Source: a virus (Duplodnaviria > Caudoviricetes). From it: a stretch of 55,051 nt of DNA. Both the position numbers and the translations under genes were made by a program. The notes under the pieces were generated by a model, which did no database searches, was not told the origin of the DNA, and saw nothing but the letters and a program-made list of their open reading frames with translations. The stretch spans positions 1 through 55,051 of the IMG/VR virus record IMGVR_UViG_3300044262_000024. One strand, given 5' to 3'. Positions 34,805-42,326 of the stretch are shown here, piece after piece (positions within the stretch are counted from its first letter, which is position 1; each line of letters starts with the position of its first letter).

Positions 34805-34835
34805 CGGCGGTCGCGCCTGGATCGATGTGTTAGAG
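34771..34835 (-). repeat. attC-like site 8 (65 bp)
   Basis: GCACAAC-ggcaaa-GATCAGGCCGACGCCGC-gta-GCGGCGGTCGCGCCTGGATC-gatgt-GTTAGAG. Confidence 0.85.
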
Positions 34836-34858
34836 CGCTGGATCAACTAGGAGAGAAC

Positions 34859-35071
34859 ATGACTTTCGATGAGCACTGGCAAAAAGTGAGAAACGCAAAC
34901 CCGAAATTGGCGGATGACCACTTTGCAAGAGCGCTGGCCGAAGCGGCATGGGAAGCCGCAACCAAGGCAGAGCGCGAGGCGTGCTGCCGAGCGATAGATG
35001 CAATAGACGATGGCGAAGCGCCAGAATACAGAGCGTGCCAAGAGGCGATCATGGCGTGCTCTAACGGCTGA
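34859..35071 (+). CDS. Cassette 8 hypothetical protein
   Basis: AGGAGAG SD; AWEAA..AEREAC..I motif common in phage small proteins; ends SNG*. Confidence 0.7.
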   Translation: MTFDEHWQKVRNANPKLADDHFARALAEAAWEAATKAEREACCRAIDAIDDGEAPEYRACQEAIMACSNG

Positions 35072-35122
35072 ATTCAGGGGCGGGCGGCTTTTCGCCCGTC
35101 CCGCTGGAATGACGTGTTATGC
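35059..35122 (-). repeat. attC-like site 9 (64 bp)
   Basis: CTCTAAC-ggctga-ATTCAGGGGCGGGCG..CGCCCGTCCCGCTGGAAT-gacgt-GTTATGC. Confidence 0.85.
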
Positions 35123-35142
35123 CACAAATTTAAGAGAGAACG

Positions 35143-35460
35143 ATGAACGAAAAAAGCTGTGTTGGCTGCAAATATCTTTACACCCAAGGGCACGGTTACA
35201 GCAACTACACCTGGGAGGAAACCCGCGTTGAATGCGCCAAAGATAAAAACCCGAACCTACCAAGCGATGAGCCTTACGACTGGAACGAGAAAGACGACAA
35301 CTGGCCCGCCACAAACGCCAGCAGGTGCGAGCTTTACGCCACGGGAGAGAAGGTTTGCCTCGATGTGGATGGAGAGAATGGCCCGGCAGATGAAACGACC
35401 GACGAGGAAGCGATTGCCGCGATTTGCGAGCACAGCGGGCGTGGGCGGAATGGGGCATAA
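35143..35460 (+). CDS. Cassette 9 Cys-rich acidic protein
   Basis: SCVGCKYL..GYSNYT..C; stop in GCATAAC. Confidence 0.7.
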   Translation: MNEKSCVGCKYLYTQGHGYSNYTWEETRVECAKDKNPNLPSDEPYDWNEKDDNWPATNASRCELYATGEKVCLDVDGENGPADETTDEEAIAAICEHSGRGRNGA

Positions 35461-35519
35461 CGGCTGAATTGAGGGGCCGCGCGCTTTTTGCGCGGTCCCG
35501 CTCGGATGATGTGTTGTGC
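35455..35519 (-). repeat. attC-like site 10 (65 bp), near-identical to site 6
   Basis: Differs from 34144-34207 only in the left core and one extra loop T. Confidence 0.88.
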
Positions 35520-35539
35520 CCAGGAGATTGAGGAAACCG

Positions 35540-36136
35540 ATGACCGTAGCCGTACTTTTTGCCAGAGCAGACAGCAACTACAAGGCGCTGGACTGCGACG
35601 TGTGGGACGAGCAGCGCGACGCCCGCCGCTGGCCGGGGGGCTGCCCGGTTGTGGCGCACCCGCCATGCAGGGCGTGGGGCAGGCTGCGGCACTTCGCAAA
35701 GCCACGGGACGACGAGAAAGACCTTGCGCGGTTTGCTGTGGCACAGGTGCGAAAGTGGGGCGGGGTTTTGGAACACCCGGAGAGCTCGCAATTGTGGCAA
35801 GACCAAGGACTGCCGCCGCCAGGTAAGAAGGACGATTTTGGGGGGTGGACTTTGCCAGTGCATCAATTCTGGTGGGGCCACCGGGCGCAGAAAAAGACGT
35901 GGCTTTATGTGGTTGGGTGCGAACCGAGAGAACTGCCGCCGATGCCTTTGCGCCTTGGTGTAAGCGATTGCGTGATACGGCTGGACAAGCGCAGGCCGGA
36001 CGGAACGCACATTAGGAAAGGCGACCACGACTGGCGAGAGCCACTAGGGCCAGCCGAAAGAGAACACACGCCCCCGGCGCTGGCGGAATGGCTGATTGAG
36101 CTGGCAGCACGCTGCAAGGGGCACAACCAGGATTAG
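35540..36136 (+). CDS. Cassette 10 minimal cytosine-C5 methyltransferase-like protein
   Basis: VAVLF..; VAHPPCRAW (PC motif); VLEHP..S; Q.WWGH...K.TWL. Confidence 0.6.
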   Translation: MTVAVLFARADSNYKALDCDVWDEQRDARRWPGGCPVVAHPPCRAWGRLRHFAKPRDDEKDLARFAVAQVRKWGGVLEHPESSQLWQDQGLPPPGKKDDFGGWTLPVHQFWWGHRAQKKTWLYVVGCEPRELPPMPLRLGVSDCVIRLDKRRPDGTHIRKGDHDWREPLGPAEREHTPPALAEWLIELAARCKGHNQD

Positions 36137-36210
36137 CCTCCACGTCCGATAACCTCGCCCACGCCAGATTATCAGACACGGCGCATAAGCTGGAAACTTG
36201 TCAGATAACG
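36121..36210 (-). other. attI-like terminal half-site with repeated GTCnGATAA(C/T) boxes
   Basis: Core GCACAAC without a partner hairpin; boxes at 36144-53, 36168-77 (inverted) and 36200-09. Confidence 0.5.
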
Positions 36211-36309
36211 TGCCTAGCACTGGCGCGGCTTGCGGCGGTGAAACTGGCAGGGAATGGCTTGATAACGAAACCGGAAAGGCGTCACGAAGGCCCATGTACC
36301 ATAAACCAC

Positions 36310-36363
36310 TTGACGCGAGACTCTTTCTTCTTGAACATCGAGGCTGTGGGGCAAGGTGCGCCC
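36310..36363 (+). promoter_or_regulatory. Putative late promoter with GGGCAAnnTGCGCCC element (copy 1)
   Basis: TTGACG-17 nt-GAACAT, then GGGCAAGGTGCGCCC at 36349-63. Confidence 0.55.
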
Positions 36364-36399
36364 AAAGCGCACGCCCTACAGGCAACACGGGTGGTGATT

Positions 36400-36745
36400 G
36401 GTGTTGTCCCCAGACGAGTCCGTGAAAGCCGGGCAGGAGGCGAAAGCCGACGACGAAACAGCTATGGGGGCGCGCCAGTCACCAGCCGTGTTGGTGAATG
36501 CGTAGGCTGATGCGCAGCGACAGCAAGCCGGCGCCGATCTAAAACAGCAATGCCGGGGCGAAAGCCTTGGAGGAAGGGGCTGATCGGACCCACCTGACCC
36601 CGCTGGGGACATGGTTGTATGCCAAAGCCGGAGATCGCAGCACCGGCCACCAGCAAGCCACCCTTCGGGGTGGCTTTTTTATTGCACATCTGAAAGTCGG
36701 GCTTACCGCAGATGAGGCCAACGACGGGCGAGAGCCCAGCAGGCA
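36400..36745 (+). ncRNA. Structured non-coding late leader (hammerhead-core-like motifs and a multi-stem element)
   Basis: No convincing ORF; GNRA-capped stems; CAGAnGA-stem-GA(A/G)A motifs; stem TTGGTG..CACCAG. Confidence 0.4.
36656..36682 (+). terminator. Rho-independent terminator
   Basis: AGCCACCC-ttcg-GGGTGGCT followed by a T run. Confidence 0.85.
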
Positions 36746-36809
36746 GCGGGTAGCTTGAGGCTGGCACCCTCTTAGTCGAGTCACTTAGCCATACACACAC
36801 GAAGCATCG

Positions 36810-36837
36810 GCCCGCCCATTGAGGCGGGCTTTTTTAT
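36810..36837 (+). terminator. Rho-independent terminator before terS
   Basis: GCCCGCC-cattga-GGCGGGC-TTTTTT. Confidence 0.8.
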
Positions 36838-36850
36838 GCCTGGAGAAACC

Positions 36851-37453
36851 ATGCCGGAACAGAAGAAAGCCCCGGATTGGGATCGCATCGAGATTGACTA
36901 TCGCGCCGGCATCAAGACGCTGCGCGAGATCGCTGACGAGCATGGCATTACCCATGGCGCCATCAACAAGCGCGCCAAGCGTGACGGCTGGGTCCGCGAC
37001 CTGGCTGAGAAGATCCGCGCCAAAGCGAAAGAGAAGGTATCCAAGAGCGAGGTATCCAAAGAGGTATCCAGTGAGCGCCTGGCTACCGAGCGGGAGATTA
37101 TCGAGGTCGAATCCGAGGTTCAGGCCCGCATCGAGATCGCACATCGCCGCGACATCACCAAGGCCAGGTCGTTGGCGATGAGCCTGCTGGATGAGCTCGG
37201 GCATCAGGTTGCAAACCCTGAACTGTACGAGCGGCTTGGCGAGTTGTTGCGCAAGGAAGACGACAAAGGCGTCGACAGGCTGAACGACATCTACCACAAG
37301 GTTGTCGGGTTCGGCGGACGCTCCACGAACATGAAGCAACTGGCTGACACCTTGAAGGTGTTGGTTGACCTTGAGCGCAAGGTCTACGGCATTGAATCAC
37401 GCGCAGCTACAGGCGGCGGCCTTGAAGAACTGCTTGGTAAGCTGGATGAATGA
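36851..37453 (+). CDS. Terminase small subunit
   Basis: PDWDRIE.DYRAG..TLREIA..HGITHGAI.KRAKR.GW.RDL HTH; upstream of terL. Confidence 0.85.
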   Translation: MPEQKKAPDWDRIEIDYRAGIKTLREIADEHGITHGAINKRAKRDGWVRDLAEKIRAKAKEKVSKSEVSKEVSSERLATEREIIEVESEVQARIEIAHRRDITKARSLAMSLLDELGHQVANPELYERLGELLRKEDDKGVDRLNDIYHKVVGFGGRSTNMKQLADTLKVLVDLERKVYGIESRAATGGGLEELLGKLDE

Positions 37454-38951
37454 CAACGAAAAGCTGCGCCGGCTTCGGCTGTTGCGCACGCAGTTCAAGC
37501 AGTACGCGCCGCTGGCGCTGCGCATACGGGACAAGGCTGGCCGCATCGTGCCGTTTGCGCTCAACAAGGCACAGGAAGCGCTCGACACGGCGATCAATGA
37601 CCAGCTTGCAACGATCGGGCGGGTCCGGATCATTGTGTTGAAAGGGCGCCAGCAGGGAATCAGTACCTATACCGAGGGGCGGTTCTACTGGCGCACATCG
37701 ATGCAGTTCGGTAAGACGGCCTTCATCCTCACTCATGAGGACCGTGCGACACAAAACCTGTTCGGCATGGCGAAGCTCTATCACGACAGCGTGCCGCCAG
37801 CCTTGAAGCCGAACACCAGCGCGGCAAACGCCAACGAATTGCAGTTTGATCGCCTGGCCAGTCGCTATGCGGTCGGCACGGCGCGCACCAAGGGTACCGG
37901 GCGCGGCTTCACGGTGCACTACTTCCACGGCTCGGAGGTGGCGTTTTGGGCGAATGCGGCCGAGCACTTGGCTGGTTTGGGGCAGGCGATCCCGGACGAG
38001 CCCGGCACCGAGGTAATCCTGGAAAGCACGGCCAACGGTGTCGGCAACGTGTTCTACAGCATGGTGCAGGACGCGCAACGCGGGATTGGTGATTACAAGC
38101 TGGTATTCATTCCGTGGTTCTGGCAACCGGAATACCGCTCTGACGTGCCGAGCGACTTCGTGATGGACGCCGAAGAGGCGGCCTATGCGGAACGCTACGG
38201 GCTGGACGCCGGGCAGATGGTATGGCGCCGGCGCAAGATCCAGACGGATTTCAGGGGCGACGTGGCGCTGTTCGATCAGGAATACCCAGCAACCCCGGCC
38301 CTGGCGTTCCGCGCGGCGGCCAGCGGGTCGTTTATTGGCCTCGATTTGGTCGACGCCGGAATGGACACAACGGTCACAGAAGACGCCTTGGCCCCCAAGA
38401 TCATGGGCGTGGACCCGGCTGAATATGGCGATGACGCCACGGCAATCGTGAAGCGTCTTGGGCGCAAGGTTTACCCGATCGAGCGCCATTACAAGCGTGG
38501 TCCGATGGAGGTCGCCGGGATCGTGGCGCGACGCGCCGACGAGTGGGGCCCCGACGCCATCAATGTGGACTGCACGGGCATCGGCTCCGGTGTGGCGGAT
38601 CGCCTGATCGAGCTTGGCTACCCGGTCAACCGTGTGCATTTCGGCGAGAGCGCGATCGAAAAAGACCAGTACGGCATCCGCAAGGATGAAATGTGGGGCG
38701 AAATGAAGCGCTGGCTCGAAGACCTGCCGAACGAACTTCCGCGTGATGATGTGCTGGCCGCTGATCTGGTGGGCCCGCAGTACACCTACGACAGTTCCAG
38801 GCGCCTGCGCATCGAGAGCAAGGAAAAGATGAAAGCGCGCGGCATCCAGTCTCCGGACAGCGGGGACGCGCTGGCGCTGACGTTTGCCGTGCGTATCAAT
38901 CGGAATGAAGAGCGCGCCCCATCGAGACGATATAACTGGAGGGTTGGTTGA
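37446..38951 (+). CDS. Terminase large subunit
   Basis: LKGRQQGIST Walker A, HGSEVAFW, LESTANG, nuclease MGVDPA..GDD, SPDSGDAL. Confidence 0.95.
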   Translation: MNDNEKLRRLRLLRTQFKQYAPLALRIRDKAGRIVPFALNKAQEALDTAINDQLATIGRVRIIVLKGRQQGISTYTEGRFYWRTSMQFGKTAFILTHEDRATQNLFGMAKLYHDSVPPALKPNTSAANANELQFDRLASRYAVGTARTKGTGRGFTVHYFHGSEVAFWANAAEHLAGLGQAIPDEPGTEVILESTANGVGNVFYSMVQDAQRGIGDYKLVFIPWFWQPEYRSDVPSDFVMDAEEAAYAERYGLDAGQMVWRRRKIQTDFRGDVALFDQEYPATPALAFRAAASGSFIGLDLVDAGMDTTVTEDALAPKIMGVDPAEYGDDATAIVKRLGRKVYPIERHYKRGPMEVAGIVARRADEWGPDAINVDCTGIGSGVADRLIELGYPVNRVHFGESAIEKDQYGIRKDEMWGEMKRWLEDLPNELPRDDVLAADLVGPQYTYDSSRRLRIESKEKMKARGIQSPDSGDALALTFAVRINRNEERAPSRRYNWRVG

Positions 38952-39160
38952 TGCCTAAGAAGGCAAGGGCTTCCATGCTCACAAAATCCGAGATAGACCG
39001 TCGAGCGAAGTCGTGCGGGCTCAAGCCGACAGACGAGTTGCGAGAGTTTGCCAGGAACATTTTTTTGTTCGGGCTACGCACCGCACATGCCGATGCAGTG
39101 ATGGCGTGCACATCGATCGAGGCTGAAATCAGCCTCAACATCAAGAAGGGCGGTGTTTAA
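38951..39160 (+). CDS. Hypothetical protein
   Basis: Fills the terL-portal gap. Confidence 0.45.
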   Translation: MPKKARASMLTKSEIDRRAKSCGLKPTDELREFARNIFLFGLRTAHADAVMACTSIEAEISLNIKKGGV

Positions 39161-41308
39161 ATGGCCGACAGCAACGCCGTAAAGGAACTGACGCTATCCG
39201 AGTGGCAGGACATTCTCGGGGAGATCCAGCAGCAGCCGGCCTGGCGCCGCGACGCCGACACCGAGGCCGACTACTACGACGGCAATCAACTGGATTCCGA
39301 GACGCTGCAGGCCATGCAAGAGCTTGGCATGGCGCCGATCATCGAGAACCTGATCGCGCCGTCGATCGATTCTGTGCTCGGTATGGAGGCGAAGAACCGC
39401 CTCGACTGGCGCGTGACCAGCCAGGGCAGCAACAAGCACGCCGAGATCGCCGAGGCGATCAACGAAAAGCTGAACGAAGCCGAGCGCGAGTCGAAGGCTG
39501 ACCGCGCGTGCGCCGACGCCTACGCGGCTCAGTGCAAGGTGGGCGCCGGCTGGGTGACGGTCGGCCATGAGCATGATCCGTTCAAGTACCTGCACCGCGC
39601 CGAGTATGTGCACCGCAACGAAGTGTTCTGGGACTGGAATTCGCGCGAGCCGGACCTGTCCGACGCCCGCTATCTGGTCAGGAAGCGCTGGCATGACGTC
39701 GATGTACTGCAGGTGGCTTTCCCTAAGCAGGCCGATCTAATCAAGAACGCCGGCTACGGCTGGGCGACGACCGACATTGAGACCATGCTCGACGGCGGCC
39801 AGTCGACGGGCTTGAGCCGCGGCTACGCCGAGGAACGGGCATGGACACTGCTGGAGCACGAATGGCGCCAGCTTTACCGCCGCCGCCTGTGTCTGTCCGA
39901 GGTCTGGTATCGGCGCTGGGTGCGTATCAAGGTGCTGCGCGCGCCGGATGGCCGTGTGGTCGAGTTTGACCCCGATAACTTCGACCATCAGGTCGCGGTG
40001 CAGTCCGGCATGGTCCAGCTACAGGAGGCGATGACGTCGAAGGTGCGGCTGTCGTGGTGGATCGGCCCGCACAAACTGGCGGACATCCCCAACCCATACG
40101 GCCACGGCAAGATCCCCTACGTGCCGTTCTTCGGCAAGCGCGAAGACCTGACCGGCGTGCCGTATGGCCTGATCCGGCCGATGAAGAGCCTGCAGGACGA
40201 GATCAACGCCCGCAATACCAAGATGCAGTGGCTGCTGGTGGCCAAGCGGGTAACCATGACCCGGGGCGTCGCCGACGTCAACACGACCCGCAACGAGGCG
40301 GCGCGTCCGGACGCGGTGCACGTGCTGGACCCCGCCAAGATGCGCGATGGCGGCGTGTTCAAGGTCGAGTCCGACTTCACCCTCAACCAGCAGCAGTATC
40401 AGGCGCTGGTGGACAAGCGCGAGTCGCTGAAGAACGTCGCCGGCATCTACAAGGCGTTCGAGGGGCAGAACGGCAACGCCACGTCGGGGCGCGCGATCGA
40501 CAGCCTGGTCGACCAGTCGACGCAGACGCTGGCCGAGATCAACGACAATTTCCGCTTTGCCCGGGCGGCGGTGGGCGACCTGCTGATGTCGAACGTGACC
40601 GAAGAGATTGGCCAGATGGAGACCGATGTCGAGGTCAAGGGAGCCTTCGCCACCGGCGCCAAGGTTATCAAGCTGAACCAGCGCGCCCAGGATGAGCAGG
40701 GCCGTGAATTCCTCAACAACGACCTGCAGCGCGCCCGCCTCAAGGTGGCGCTGTCCGATGTGCCGTCGACAGCCAGCTACCGCAAGCAGCGCTTCATGCT
40801 GCTGTCCGAGCTTGGCAAGAGCCTGCCGCCGAACCTGCAGGCGATCATGTTGCCCTACATCGTGGCCGCATCCGACGAGCCCGAGCGCGACGTGATCGTG
40901 AAGGAACTGCGCAAGGCGCTGGGGCAGGCCAGCAACGAGCCGGCGAAGACGCCAGAAGAGCAGGCCGAGCGGGATGCGGCCGATGCGCAGGCGCGTGAAA
41001 TGGCCGCATTGCAGAAGCGCCTGGCTGACATGCAGTTCCGCGAGCTCGCGGCCAAGGTCGAGAAGATGGAGGCGGAGACCGACAAGCTGCTGCGCGAAAT
41101 CCATAAGCCCGTCGCCGTCGAGGTCGCCGAGATCAATGCCGATAGCCGCAAGGACCTGGCCGCCATGAACCACGGTGCCGCGACCGAGAGCCGGCTGCAG
41201 ACGGCGGCCATTGCGCAACTGACCAACGAGCGACAGGAAGAAGCCGGCGAGCACAACGACAGCCCAGCCGAAGAGGCGCGAGAAAAAACGCTTGAAACAT
41301 CCGAATAG
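39161..41308 (+). CDS. Portal protein (podovirus type)
   Basis: 715 aa after terL; YYDGNQ..NLIAP.ID.VLG.E..PYVPF..YGLIR..QDEIN..SGRAI. Confidence 0.9.
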   Translation: MADSNAVKELTLSEWQDILGEIQQQPAWRRDADTEADYYDGNQLDSETLQAMQELGMAPIIENLIAPSIDSVLGMEAKNRLDWRVTSQGSNKHAEIAEAINEKLNEAERESKADRACADAYAAQCKVGAGWVTVGHEHDPFKYLHRAEYVHRNEVFWDWNSREPDLSDARYLVRKRWHDVDVLQVAFPKQADLIKNAGYGWATTDIETMLDGGQSTGLSRGYAEERAWTLLEHEWRQLYRRRLCLSEVWYRRWVRIKVLRAPDGRVVEFDPDNFDHQVAVQSGMVQLQEAMTSKVRLSWWIGPHKLADIPNPYGHGKIPYVPFFGKREDLTGVPYGLIRPMKSLQDEINARNTKMQWLLVAKRVTMTRGVADVNTTRNEAARPDAVHVLDPAKMRDGGVFKVESDFTLNQQQYQALVDKRESLKNVAGIYKAFEGQNGNATSGRAIDSLVDQSTQTLAEINDNFRFARAAVGDLLMSNVTEEIGQMETDVEVKGAFATGAKVIKLNQRAQDEQGREFLNNDLQRARLKVALSDVPSTASYRKQRFMLLSELGKSLPPNLQAIMLPYIVAASDEPERDVIVKELRKALGQASNEPAKTPEEQAERDAADAQAREMAALQKRLADMQFRELAAKVEKMEAETDKLLREIHKPVAVEVAEINADSRKDLAAMNHGAATESRLQTAAIAQLTNERQEEAGEHNDSPAEEAREKTLETSE

Positions 41309-41407
41309 GCGCTAAAATTCGGGTGTCAGGACAGGCCCCGGCCGGGGCTTTTCACCGCTTGCCCGGTGGATTACTGACACCAATCAATCACCGGCAAGGG
41401 TGTCTAG

Positions 41408-42136
41408 ATGAGCAAAATCTGCAAAAAATGCGGCGAAACGAAGCCGACAACAGAGTTTTACAAGCACGCTAGAAAGCGCGATGGCCTGCAACCGTTCTGC
41501 AAGGCGTGCGCTCGCCTCTCGCATGCCGCTTGGTGTGCCGCCAACCCAGAGAGGGCCAAGGCCAACATCGACAAATGGGTCGCTTCCAATCGCGAGAAGC
41601 ACAACGCATCAACCGCCGCGTGGTTCAAGGCCAACCCCGGGAAGAGAAAGGCTTACGCGGCAAAATGGTACGCAGCAAACAAGGAGAATCTAAAGTCAGG
41701 TGCCGTCAAGTGGAATTCCAAGAATCCAGAGAAGGTGAAGGCATACAAAGCCAAATGGAGCGCGGCAAACAAGGAGAGGACAAGGTCATATTCCGCCAAG
41801 TGGAGAGCTGCCAATACTGAGAAGGTGAAAGCACGGCACGCGGCCAACCCGGAAGCCCGCCGTATATACAAACAAAACCGCCGAGCCAGAAAGTGTGCCA
41901 ATGGCGGGCGGCTGTCACCTGGATTGGCGGGCAAATTATTCAGGCTGCAAAAAGGCAAGTGCGCGTGCTGCCACGTCAGCATTGCCGATGGCTACCACCT
42001 TGACCACAGAATCCCGTTGGCATTGGATGGACAGAACGAAGACTTGAACATGCAGCTTCTGTGTGGCCCGTGCAATTTATCAAAGGGCGCAAAGCATCCG
42101 GTCGAGTTCATGCAAAGCAGAGGGTTTCTGTTGTGA
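41408..42136 (+). CDS. HNH endonuclease with repeated KW.AAN.EK helices
   Basis: CKKC..C..C N-terminus; CACC..YHLDHRIPL..G.N...N.QLLC.PCN.SKG. Confidence 0.88.
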   Translation: MSKICKKCGETKPTTEFYKHARKRDGLQPFCKACARLSHAAWCAANPERAKANIDKWVASNREKHNASTAAWFKANPGKRKAYAAKWYAANKENLKSGAVKWNSKNPEKVKAYKAKWSAANKERTRSYSAKWRAANTEKVKARHAANPEARRIYKQNRRARKCANGGRLSPGLAGKLFRLQKGKCACCHVSIADGYHLDHRIPLALDGQNEDLNMQLLCGPCNLSKGAKHPVEFMQSRGFLL

Positions 42137-42146
42137 ATGAAACCTC

Positions 42147-42199
42147 TTGCAAAGCGCGCAACTTCAAGTTATAAAAACGACAGCGGGCAAATTGCGCCC
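42147..42199 (+). promoter_or_regulatory. Putative late promoter with GGGCAAnnTGCGCCC element (copy 2)
   Basis: TTGCAA-17 nt-TATAAA, then GGGCAAATTGCGCCC at 42185-99. Confidence 0.65.
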
Positions 42200-42238
42200 A
42201 CAGAGTTCACGCGATCCCGGCGACAAGGGAAACACGAC

Positions 42239-42265
42239 AACCTCCCCATGTGGGAGGTTTTTTTA
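42239..42265 (+). terminator. Rho-independent terminator
   Basis: AACCTCCC-catgt-GGGAGGTT followed by a T run. Confidence 0.8.
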
Positions 42266-42326
42266 TTCCAAACGCAGCCCTGCGATATGGGTTTCGGCCG
42301 TGTGCTGAATTGGAGAGCGAGAAGCG

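Larger units (their letters stand above)
32530..36210 (-). mobile_element. Integron-like gene-cassette array (10 cassettes, no intI; CALIN-like)
   Basis: Ten imperfect palindromes bounded by xxxxAAC..GTTxxxx separate single small ORFs; half-site at 36121. Confidence 0.85.

Noticed and set aside
32530-35519. Repeats as ordinary intrinsic terminators
   Set aside because: No U-tracts after the stems, ORFs read into them, and cross-cassette core complementarity is not explained by termination
32530-36127. CRISPR array or REP/BIME interpretation of the repeats
   Set aside because: Repeats are divergent palindromes of about 60 bp or more separated by 200-600 bp ORFs; there are no cas or RAYT genes, and the AAC/GTT core geometry fits attC
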